64,000 nt of DNA from Geosiphon pyriformis uo1 (taxonomy: Eukaryota; Fungi; Glomeromycota), in contig JAAOMT010000134.1 of NCBI GenBank assembly GCA_016748015.1, forward strand, positions 688,757 to 752,756, written 5' to 3'. A program made the position numbers and the translations under genes. The notes beneath the pieces are model-generated. The model was given only the letters and a program-made list of their open reading frames with translations, searched no databases and had not been told where the DNA came from. Position 1 is the first letter of the stretch. Every line of letters begins with the position of its first letter. This document shows positions 13,600-32,419 of this stretch, in pieces.

Positions 13600-15900
13600 A
13601 TTAATATAAATAACAACCATATTAGTAAAAACCAAAATAATTATTAATATAACTGTTGCTACTACTGTGCTAAAATTTATGAATTACCAAGTTTTGATAA
13701 AAATGTCAATTGTATTACTTAATTATTTATATTTTTATTAATTAAAACTAGTTACAAATTGGTTTATTATAATTTTATTATAAATTCTGAAAATAACAAT
13801 ATATTAAAATTGTTAAAATATGATATATTTAACAAATTATTATAATATTATTATTATAATTTATTATAGTAATAATTTACAAATATTTACATATTTTATT
13901 TTAATTAACAAATAAGTAAAATTTATTATCTTAGTTTACATAAAGTATATTTATTTGGTTTTCAAAATAAAGCAATATGTAAACAAATTAATTATGTACT
14001 AAATAAATATAAAATTATTAACAAAGATTTTAATAGTATATTATTTAATAAAATAAAAAAATTAAATAAAAACAAAAAACATTTAAAAATTATTTGTAAT
14101 AATACAAAAAAACAAAATAAAAATAATGTTATTATTTGATTTTAATATTTAATAATTTGTAATTATTATAAAAGTATTATATTAAATTTTATGATATTTA
14201 AATATATAAAATTCAAGTATGATAATAGTTTTGAATTGATTAAAAAATTATAGTATAAAATAACTGTAAATTATGTAATTTATATTATTAAAAAATTATT
14301 TTCAATTTTAATATTAATTTTTTTTTAAATTATAAAAAACAAAAATATTTATTTATTTATTAAGAATATTATTTATTTTAAGTTAATATTAAATAATTTT
14401 AATTTAAGAATTTTTGTTTTTTATAAAAATTTTTTTTCTTTATTTGTAATTTTTAGGTATTAAATCTATTTATTTGTTTTTTATTATTATTTAATATGTG
14501 TGATTTAATTATTATTTAGTATATATAAATAAACTAGATATTTATAATTAAATATAACTTATGTTTTTACTATATAACCAATTATTTAAATTAATTAAGA
14601 TTATATTATACATTTATAATAATATTAATACTACTATTTAAATCAAAAAACAATATATATTTATAACATAAATCAAAATCAAAAACTTTATTAATATTAA
14701 GCATAAAAATTATATTATTTGATAAATATCTAACTAAATTATACAAATTATATAAAACAAAAAAAATATTATTAACTAAATCATTTTTTTTTATTGTAAT
14801 TTTATATTTAAATTTATATAATTATCTTTTTTTTCTATAATTTTTTAAATAGCAAACAAAAAAAACTAAATATAATTAAGCCAATTTATTATTTTTAAAT
14901 ATTAAAAAAACTTTAATATATTAAATATTAAAGATAATACTCTTATATATAAATATATATATTTAATTATTTACCAGAATTAAAAATAATAAAAATAATA
15001 TATTAAAGAAAAAAATTCAATATTTTAAAAGATTTTTTAATAATTTTAAGTAAATATTAGTATTTAATTTTTATGTAAAAATATAATCTGAAAATTTAAT
15101 TTTTTATAATAAAAACAAATTATTTTAGAGTACTGCCTATTATATAAATAATTTTAAATAATAACAAATAGTTATTTATAAACAATATTTATTAATATAT
15201 ATACAAATTAACTGTAAATTTGCTAATAAAACTTAAACTTATATAAAAATTTATTTATTTTATATTTAAGAATTAATTAATTGTAAAAGTAATTTTTGTT
15301 TTAAAAACCAAACTTTTTTACTAAAATGCTAATTTAAAAACTAAAAAAATATTTTTAATAATATTATCTTTTAAAACAAATAATATATTATTTTATTTTT
15401 TTTAACTTATTTTTTAAACATTATTATTATATTTTTTATTAATAAGAACATAATGTTTTTTAATATTAGGTTTAATTTTAAAGTAAGTAAAAACATTATT
15501 TTTTAAATTAATTATTAAAATTTTAAATAATAATTTTTTATTACTAATTTTATTATGTAAAACTTTTATAATATTATATATTAAAATTGTATTAATAAGT
15601 ATAAACTAAAACACTATTTTGTTAAGTAATATTTTTACAGTTTTTTTTCTATAATTTATATTTATAAATTTGGAATTTTAAAAATATTTTATGTTTTTTA
15701 ATTTTATGTTTTTTTTTTGGTTTATTATATATAGATATTAATAATTATTTATTGCTTTGTGTTTTTTATTCTTTTTAATAAATTTTATAACCAATTTTTT
15801 CTTTATTTAAATATTTTTAAAGTATTTAAGTATTATTTATTTTAAAAACATATGAACCAATTTTTTTACTTTGTTTTTTTTTAGAATGCTTCTAATAGTG
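13600..15900. repeat. Extremely AT-rich hypermutated interior of the TIR element (probable erased transposase)
   Basis: Very few G or C, no ORF, contiguous with the mutated right TIR arm. Confidence 0.6.
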
Positions 15901-16533
15901 CTGTAATTCTTTGGTTTTATAATGGATTTAATGTAAATTAGTTTTATATATTATTTTTTATATAAAAATAAACTTATATGAAATATGATATCAAATTAAT
16001 ATAGATTTAAAATACAACCATAAATTCAGACATAAGCCACTGCTATGTCATCAAAGTTCAATTTTTTTCTGCTACATCAGCCATTTTTAACTTACATAGT
16101 CAAATGTTCACTTTGTCTGGTTTTTTGTTACAGTGTACCCCATATAAATGAAGGAAGATGTATTTGGATTTGATTATTAGATTGAGTTTTTGAAGCACTC
16201 AAGCTCGTTTCTATTGGCATTTGATCAATATCACGTTTTGACACAAGAGTTGCTTACTAATTTCGACAAATCGCTTTTTAAGATTGATTTCCTCGCTCGC
16301 AAATGCCGCGTAATCACTGACGTAACCCTGTGAACTGTGACCCAATTGCTAAAATCTAAAAAAAATCTTGAACCGAATGTTCAATTCGACTTTTTCGAGG
16401 AGCTTTAAACTCTTCAAGTGTTAATGTTTGAAACTTTCTCAGTCTTTAAGTTTCTCTATCCAAGCACTTAAAGTGATCCCTTCGAGAAGCTTTATTATTG
16501 TGAATAAAGTCCCGATTGGTGTAAAAGATAACT

Positions 16534-18910
<2,377 letters not shown>

Positions 18911-19569
18911 AACATATTAATATATTTATCGGAGCACCAGTTGGAGATGGTGGGTTGAATTGTTGTTGGTTGGAGGGTAAGTACTTATTTGTTTTCCCAT
19001 TTTAATTACTTAAATGGTAACAAATTGACAAGTCAAATCAAATTTTGTAAAATAACATAGGCACAAAACGCTAAAAAAACTTTGAAATTTGAATCATTGG
19101 CTTAATTTTATTACATAACAATTTCTTTAAGAACAAGAAGATTGTTAAGTTCAATATAATCAAGATTTTTGCTCTTAAAAGACGCATGTTGTCAAGATAT
19201 TGAAATTAAGCCATTGATTCAATTGATTCAAATGATTTAATTATTGCTAACTGTGGAAATATTGTTTTTGGTCATGTGTGTGAATCAAAAAGTTTGAATG
19301 ATAATCGAATTTTCAGGTTATAAAGTTTTCATTGTGAATTTTTTTCAATGCTTTATTGAGTATAGTCCAATCGCCACTTAATATGTGCATGTTCTATTAG
19401 AAACTTGTTGTTTAATCACTCTATCATATTGATATGCGCTTTTTCTACACGTGAACAGCCACCATTGTAAATTTTTGTTAATCTGATTTTTAATATACAA
19501 AATAATTTATACATATGCAATTTTTTTAATGCTTTTGCGAGTGTAGCCCAATCACAATCTACCAAAATG

Positions 19570-20300
19570 AATTTGTGTTTTATAAATTAACAAAAAATAA
19601 TTATAATAAATAATAAATAATAATTATTTGTTTTATTTTACAATTCTGAATGTGTTTTATAATTAGTTAAATTATCATTTTAAAATTGATTTAAATAAAA
19701 GTTAATAAAAAAATGATTAATTAAAAAATAGAATGATTAATTAAAAAAGTATTTACTTAAGAAAAGAATCAATTAAAAAAATAAATTTTAATAGTGTAAT
19801 AAATTATAAAATTTATTATTATGTTATTTTAATTTCAATATAATGTTTAATATTAAATATTAAATATTTTTTAATATTTACAATTTAAAACAATTTAAAA
19901 CAAGTTTTTAACTTTTTACTTTTAAAAAATGGTAAAAATTTTTAAGAATTATAAAATTAATCATTTATAATTTTAATTTTAATTATTAAAAATGTATTCA
20001 ATAAATAAATTATTTTTAAAAAAAAATATGAAGCTAAAAAAAATTACAAAAAGTCAATTATAAAAATAATATTTTTATTAGCATCTTTTTACTTGATATT
20101 ATTTTTTAAATTAAACATTTTTTTATATATGAATGTTTAAATTATTATAAATTTTTGTTCTTTCAAAGAAAATTTTGAAAAGATTTTAGTTTGTAATTTA
20201 TTACAAGATAGTGTATTAATAATATTAATATTTTGTAATTAATTAAAGTTTCTTTTTGACTTAATGAACTCAAATTACTTCATCAAATGAACTAATTGTG
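19570..20300. repeat. AT-rich degraded repeat island
   Basis: Abrupt drop in GC with the same texture as the other hypermutated relics; no identifiable motif. Confidence 0.45.
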
Positions 20301-21930
20301 AAACCCACATATTCTTATATAGAAAGTTTATTTATTTATTGTAATCATAATTGATTAAAAAAAAAATAACAGAGATTTTTGAAACAAAATCTATTTCAAA
20401 AACCAAACGAGCGTGAGAACTTAAATTGTCTCACAAATCATCATATTTGGTTTTTTAAAAAGGTTATTAGAAACAATGCCCAAAATCCGGTTATTTGTGT
20501 TTAGATCTCGGGAGATAAAGATCAAAAACTTTTTATTAACCCCCTTGCGTGAGAAAGAATAACTAAACTCAGAAAATTTGGATAATGACAATTTTCACGA
20601 ATATTATTGGAGGAAATAGAGACTCAACATTAAAAAAATCCAGTAACGAGAATGCCATAAAAAATTGAAAAAGGTAATCAATCATCCGACAAAAAGCACG
20701 AGCCTGTGAGAACGGAAAATAAACGGTACATTTTTATTCCTGGGCATTCTCCTTGACGATTACGCTAAAATTATAGTTATCGCCTTTGCGAGTTCTGTCA
20801 GACTTTCCCTAATCGTCGAAATTGCAGACTAAAAACAATATAATTGTGCCTTTTTTTAAAAAAATTTGTTACTGTTGGCAGATATAAGAGATACCGCGAA
20901 CGGAGAGATTTTTGATCCGTTACGAAATGTTTGCATCAATCGTGTAAAACCATCGAGCTCTCACTGTGAACAATTTTCGTTATTCTTCACCGTTTGCTAA
21001 CTCTAATCGTCCTCATTTATTCTTCACCGTTTACGAGTTACAATGAAAATTAACGAAAACAAGTTTATCTATCAAGTTGAACCGTGTGTACATCAAAAAT
21101 GAATATTTTCCTCTTTATTTGAGCTAATGCATCGAATGATCGAATGCCCATTTTCTTTGTTGCGCATTAATTCTTAATTCTAGAGGTTTGGTTATTCATA
21201 AAAATAAACTTAATGAAATAGCAGCGGCGCATTTAAAGATTACGAAAGTACCACCCAAAACACACACACACACACATACAAATTTATATCTTGTTTTTCT
21301 CGTTACAAATAGAATTTTTTAATAAATCAGTGTATCCAGAAATTATTTGACGCAGTTTTTAAAAGAAATTCAGAAATTTCTATTCCCTCCTGCGCCAAAT
21401 TATTTATATATCAGTGAATTTATTAAACTAAACTATTTTAAATTTGTTAATTCAATGATGCTTTTTAACTAACTTTAACTAACTTTGACTGCGGCGGCGC
21501 GACAATTTGACAAACATACACGTACCTCATGACCAACAACAGAACTGACCATCAGTACTGCATCAAAATCGTAATTGTTATCCTTGCCCTTTTACGGTAA
21601 CAGCTATTTTAATTTTTAAAAATATATGCAGGATGGAATTTTAGTTTATTAATCAATTTTTTTTTTGAAAGACACAATTTTTTCTCGATAACTCCGACCC
21701 AAAAATTTTTCAATAAATAAGGGTCTAATTCTGAGCGCTGTTGGGGCTTGTTTTTTCAAATTTTAAACTTTGATATCGTTGCCTTTTCATTATCGTGTAA
21801 ATTCAAGTTTTTTTCTTTCCAAAAACTCTCAAAGAAAAAAAAATCTTGTTTTCTTCCACAATACGGCATAAAGAAAAGTCGCGCGCAAAATTCTCTGGTT
21901 TTTTTTTAAATCACACCAAATATAATTCAA

Positions 21931-22776
21931 ATGTCTCAAGGTATGTTCTTACGCGACTCCATTCTGGCTTTTGCCACGAAACCGAGCTCAATTGTGAAAG
22001 CTCATTTGTCTTTTATTCGAAACAAAAAAGACTATCAACGCGCTCAAACCCAGTTTTATCCTCCAACGTTCAAAACAGAACGTTCGTGGAGCATGTTGGC
22101 TAACGAAACGTTTCTCGAAGACGAGACCAATGACGACGTCCCACCACCTAGTTATCACCAACATCAACAAAACTATACCATGAACTCTTCTCCACTCTTT
22201 ATTTCTGAAAAATCTTGGAGTGTTTTGCCTGCTACTGAAGCCGAAGAAAGAAGATTCTTGAATTATGGAAATTTTAACAATAGCCCGGATACTGCACCCA
22301 TTACGGGAGGTATATACTCGAATCACTCCCATGGCCCTCTCCCTGAATACTCCTCCTACCCTCACCAAAAGCAAACCATACCAGAGTCACTCACGTGTGA
22401 AACTACTGCCGCGTTCCCCGAGCCAGAATTTCAACCTTCGTTGGGCTCGTCAGCTAAAGAATTTCTAGAAGAAACGTTCCGATATGAACGAAGATCTGCC
22501 GCAGATTTTGTCGGGTCTCCTGATGAATATAGGCAACACCAGAGTGGTATTTTTCACGATGATTCGGATATCACTCCCCGGTCGAGTAAAATCTATCATC
22601 ACTCACACCAGCAACAAGAATTACCAAGGACTGAAACTGGTTCGGGAATTGGTTGGTATTCGAGTATGTATTATTCGCCCATTTTTAATATGATTGTCGC
22701 AGTAATTTTCGGACTTTTAATCTTAAACGCGTGCCTGTTCGCTTTTGAATTCTCGCAGTTATCGGCGTTCCAATAA
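21931..22776 (+). CDS. Intronless hypothetical membrane protein with PY motifs and a C-terminal hydrophobic segment (may extend to 22817 via a frameshift)
   Basis: 281-aa ORF with raised GC; PPPSY and LPEY motifs; repeated E(R/K)SWS(M/V)L; TM segment MIVAVIFGLLILNACLFAF. Confidence 0.7.
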   Translation: MSQGMFLRDSILAFATKPSSIVKAHLSFIRNKKDYQRAQTQFYPPTFKTERSWSMLANETFLEDETNDDVPPPSYHQHQQNYTMNSSPLFISEKSWSVLPATEAEERRFLNYGNFNNSPDTAPITGGIYSNHSHGPLPEYSSYPHQKQTIPESLTCETTAAFPEPEFQPSLGSSAKEFLEETFRYERRSAADFVGSPDEYRQHQSGIFHDDSDITPRSSKIYHHSHQQQELPRTETGSGIGWYSSMYYSPIFNMIVAVIFGLLILNACLFAFEFSQLSAFQ

Positions 22777-23674
22777 TTGGTGCCGCTGTTGTGGCTTACC
22801 TTATGTTTTTCAACTGAAACTACAGTTCAGGTCTATTTAATTTAGTTTCCTTTTCACATTCAATCTCGTAATATATTTTCATTCAACCAACAAGTCTAAG
22901 CAGAGTTATTTAGAAATAATTTTATTTGTTTTCTTTTCTCTTTCTCTCTTCCTCCCTTCCTCTCTATATAGTTTTCATCTTTTTCCTCGGGAAATCTTCC
23001 CTTTGTATAAAAATCAAATTTATTCGATAGACTTTTTGATTATTTGTTTGTCCTTTTATTTCTTGTAAATTTTTTTCTCGTTTTTCCCCTCAGCTTTTTG
23101 GTAATTTCTCATGGTTCAATTCCTTTTCAATCTTCACAGGTCAATTTGCCTTTGTGTTGATTCACATTGAGACACTTAGTAGTAAAATTATAAATATATA
23201 AAATCCAGAGAATGGCAAACCTCCCTTTCTTATATAAATCTACTAGGTATCCATTTTTGCGATTCAACAGGTCTCCATTGTCCAATATACGCGACAAAAT
23301 TTGAGCACCTTCTAATGACATGACTTAGAGCGTGACCTTGGAACAAATATTCTATGGTTAAAAATCAGATGGGCAAATATATATATAGCATTCATAAAAG
23401 ATAGCCTTATTTTTAAGAGTGATCCATGAATAATTGCTCAAAATCTAAAATTACAAATAGCCAAGAGGAAGAAAAAAGACTGGTTCATTGATCATTTGAA
23501 GAAACAAAAAAAAGATGGATTCGATAAATTTAGTCAATGTGTAGAAATCTCAGCCTCAGTTTATTACCAAGAGTTTTTAATTTCCCAGCAAGAAAATTAA
23601 GGACAAATTAAATTAATAAAAAACGATATTAAATAATACAATCAAAAGAATAAGTATACAGGCTTGTTCTAAAA

Positions 23675-24667
23675 TTAATCTGTCCTATTTTCAATGGTCC
23701 AATTCACAGTAATTTTCGCAACAGTCTCTAATTTCTCATTTTTTAGAATCGCAAATGATTCTCGATCTTCTTTCCTTCGTACATAATCTAGTTTGAAACT
23801 ACATGTTGCCGTGATGAGGCCTGGTACAATAGACAGATAGGCTTGAAATTCTAAAGGGTTCTGTTAAAGTGTATAGAACGGATCGACAAGTTTGCTTACC
23901 TCTTGCTTTTTTGTAATACTAAATAAAAAATGTGAATTATAATTTTAAAAAAAATATTAAATATAAGAAAAAAGAACTTTAAAAATTATTTACCTCACAA
24001 TTGATCCTATTCACAATCGCGCGATCTTTTTTTCCCAATTGTGAGAAAACGGCCAAACCAATTATAGTCTCTCCAAACAAACATAAGGACGCCGCGTGAA
24101 TTGAATCGAAAGGATTATGTATGCGTTTCTGTTCCTAATTTTTGAAAAAAGTCGTTATGGAATCAATTAGGAATTAGTGAAACAAAATTCGAAATCGAAT
24201 TTGTTACCTTCAAGACCCCTGAACATAGGCCTTTGTCGATCGTCGTGATGCGTAAATCTTAAAAAATCAAAAAAGGTAAATTAGCAAGTTTAACGATTTA
24301 ATCAAGATATTAATGGAAAACGATGAAAAACGATGAAAATCTACGTATTCCCCTGGTATATGGGTTCACAAATCCAAGCAAAAGAGAATATACTTTTGGA
24401 CGGAAGCGGCCCAAACGGCTTAAAGAGTTCCATACGGATATTGGATCCCTAACTAAAGAAAATAAGTGAAACCGAGGTTGAATTTCCGGTTTTTAGTTTT
24501 TTTTACGGAGATTATCGACTAAAAGAGTAAATTGATAGAAAGAAACAAAAATACAGTTAGTTTTACTGAACCCAAAACTTACGAGTAGATGTCCTCGTCT
24601 TTATTTGAAAGAAGAGGGTAAGTAATAGAACAAGAGAAAAACCCAAGCCAATAGTTAACAATAGCAT
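23675..24667 (-). CDS. Hot-dog fold thioesterase-like protein (PaaI/DUF4442 type) with N-terminal signal anchor, 6 exons; absent from the ORF track
   Basis: Spliced: MLLLTIGLGFSLVLLLTLFF.. | DPISVWNSL..VNPYTRGI | LRITTIDKGLCSGVLK | EQKRIHNPFDSIHAASLCLFGETIIGLAV..AIVNRINCE | YYKKARG | LITATC..VAKITVNWTIENRTD*. GT-AG junctions keep the frame. Confidence 0.8.
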
Positions 24668-24854
24668 ATTTTTATTTGAAGTCTCAGAAGAGACGAAGAG
24701 CTCGTCGTCACGATAGTTGGATGCGTGTCATATTTAGCGTTAGTGGTCGAAAGATCAAAGATCTACAACAATAAAAGATGATCTTTTGATAAACTATTTG
24801 TATACAAATTGGATCCTTGACAACAAAATCATTCATCTCTCTCGAACTGCTAAT

Positions 24855-29509
<4,655 letters not shown>

Positions 29510-29980
29510 TACAAATTCATCCTATCGGCGATAGATAAAATTGGTTAATATGCAGTATGGTTTTGGGAAAATGTTTTGATATTTCGAACTTTTTTGAGGA
29601 TCGCCAGTGTTTTGTTAATCCTTTAGTTCTGTATCACATTGAGCAATATAATAATTTCCCGAAGGGAAATCTTATTTATATTTGGCCTTTACCACGTCCT
29701 ATCTACCACGTTGCCCAATCGATGATGATAATCCTCCATTGTTTTTGTCACGTGGTTTTATTGATGCGCGTGTTTCAATTTGGGAAGATGAACCAATAAA
29801 GTGACAACACGACAATTGCAGGTCCACATGGCAAGCCAAAATAAAAAGGGATCAAAAGCCTTCGAAATTATCCTTCAATTTTAAAACTTTTTTTTTGACC
29901 TTTGAACCCTTGTTCTCGCACTGGCGGTTTATAATATCTGATAAGTTAGTAACAATTCTAGTATTGTCGCCTCCATCACT

Positions 29981-32419
29981 ATGAAGTGTCGCCCTCGTTT
30001 TCTCGCTTTCCTTATTGCTGCCGCACTTTCCTTGGCAGTAGCCGAAAAAGATAAAAAAACAACTCCCATAGAGCCAAAACCCGAGTTCAAGGTAAGACGG
30101 CGTATTTTCCAACGAAGGCTTGGAAAAACTTTTGACATAAAGAAGAAAGGAGCTTTTTGCCTTTTATCGGTTTAAATAGCTGGAAAGCAACGAATTCTGT
30201 TTCAGCAAGTCCCAACTTTACCGACAACACGTTTCGAAGATCTTTAAATATATATTTCTTATTTCTCTATTAGTAACTTTTTAAAAACATTTTCATAGGC
30301 AACAACCATCAAAGCACCTTTCTTGGAACAGTTCACTTCGGACTGGACAAAACGTTGGTCACCGAGTGAAGCTACGAAAGAAACAAAAGACCGTGAAGAG
30401 ATATTTAGTTATATTGGGAAGTGGGAGGTCGAAGAACCGAGCGTATTCCCAGGCATAAAAGGTGATACCGGCCTCGTGGTAAAAACCGCAGCGGCACATC
30501 ACGCGATATCTGCACCTTTTGCCAATCCATTGGATAATACGGATAAAACGCTAGTTATTCAGTGCGTAAAAACCATTTTTGGTTAACCTCGATCCTTCGG
30601 AAAATCTAATCCAATTTGATTGTTTTTATAATTTTCAGATATGAAGTTAAACTTCAAAATGGGCTAGAATGCGGTGGTGCTTATTTAAAATTATTAACGG
30701 AATCCGAGAAGGGTATTCAGGCCGAAGAATTTTCCGATAAAACACCATATACAATTATGTTTGGGCCGGATCGATGTGGCGCCACCAATAAAGTGCACTT
30801 TATTTTCCGACACAAAAATCCAAAGACAGGCGTATATGAGGAGAAGCATATGAACTCGGCGCCGCCTGTAAAAGTATCAAAACTTAGTACTTTATACACG
30901 CTTATCATAAGGTCAGCCAGCGAAAATATTTCCTATGATAATTTTAGACAGAGTTTAAAAGACGGATTTTCCTTTTTTTCAGACCGGACAACACCTTCGA
31001 TCTTCGTATCAATAATGAGAGCTCGAAGACTGGGAGTCTTTTAGAAGACTTTACCCCATCTGTTAACCCAGTGGCTGAGATCGAGGATCCTGAAGGTACT
31101 ATCCACTTCAACTAAATTATTTGTTTGGAAAAATCTAATAAATATATGTTTGAAATTAGATAAAAAACCCAAAGATTGGGTGGACGATCCAAAGATTCCG
31201 GATCCAAGTAAGCTTTAAGAGAATTTGATAGCCTTTCTTTGAAGTCGTTTTTATTGAAATGATTATTTGCCTAATAGACGCTAAAAAGCCAGATGATTGG
31301 GACGAAGATGCTCCATTTGAGATTCCAGATGAAGATGCAGTTAAACCTGATGATTGGTTAGAAGATGAACCAGAAACTGTCCCTGACCCAGATGCCGAAA
31401 AACCTGAAGATTGGGATGACGAGGAGGATGGTGATTGGATTCCTGAATCGATTCCTAATCCCAAATGTGAAACTATATCCGGCTGTGGCCCTTGGAAACG
31501 TCCAACAAAACGTAATCCTGCTTACAAAGGCAAATGGTATTCACCGCAAATCGATAATCCGGCCTACAAAGGCCCATGGGCTGCTCGAAAGATCCCCAAT
31601 CCCGATTTCTTTGAGGATAAATATCCTGCCAATTTTGAGAAAATTGTAAATATAACTTAAATATTCACCCTCATCTGCTCTTGAGGTTTCATTTGTTTAC
31701 GTATAAATTCAAATTCAATAGGCTGGAATTGGTTTCGAACTTTGGACGATGCAAAATGATATTCTATTCGACAATATTTATATTGGACACTCTGCGGAAG
31801 ATGCAAAAAAATTATCTGATGAGACTTGGGATGTTAAATACAAAATCGAGAAAGCAGCTGAGGATTCGGAAAAACCTGAGGATGATGATGACGATGACGA
31901 TGTAATTATTATTTCGTCTTCTGCCAAAAATTAACCAAATGAGGAATTTACCTATTTATTTTTTCTTTGAAGTCTCCACCTGTTTTCTGGGAAGATCCCA
32001 TCAAATTTGCGCAATACCATTTTACTCGATTCTTGGCTCGTTTGGTCGAAAGTCCTATCGATGCCGTCAGAGCATATCCGGAAACTGCTGGCGCATTGGG
32101 CGCGATTGCCGTTCTTTTCTTCTTATTAGTCGCAATTTTGTTGAATTTACTGACATCGGTCAAAAAGGTATGTCCAATTTATTCTGTCTTTAATTTAGTT
32201 GCTTTGGCTTATTCTCTCGAAAATTAATGATTAAAATCATGTTTATCCTCACAGCCCGTTGCTCCACACAAGAAAACCGATGAACCCACTCCAGATGATG
32301 CAGATGGTGATGTCGCAGAATCCAGCACAACTAAGGATGAAGGAAATGATGGCGATAATGAAGAAGATGAAACAAAGAGCAACGCCAAAAAACGGTCAAA
32401 AACTCGACAAGACCAGTAA
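29981..32419 (+). CDS. CNE1: Calnexin (ER lectin chaperone), multi-exon
   Basis: Signal peptide, [36 protein letters not shown]-domain repeats, GFELWTMQ, a TM helix and an acidic tail. Confidence 0.96.

Larger units (their letters stand above)
11658..16141. mobile_element. DNA transposon with ~450-bp terminal inverted repeats and a 4-bp ATAT target-site duplication (Sola-like termini GGG...CCC; family tentative)
   Basis: 11658-~12115 aligns to the reverse complement of ~15685-16141, with the outer ~80 bp nearly identical (CTGTAA..AAAAACCAGACAAAGTGAACATTTGACTAT). ATAT flanks both ends (11654-11657 and 16142-16145). Confidence 0.88.

Noticed and set aside
11661-16137. Classifying the TIR element as CACTA/CMC from the internal CACTG
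   Set aside because: The inverted match extends outward to GGG/CCC with a 4-bp ATAT duplication. No transposase is readable, so the family stays tentative.
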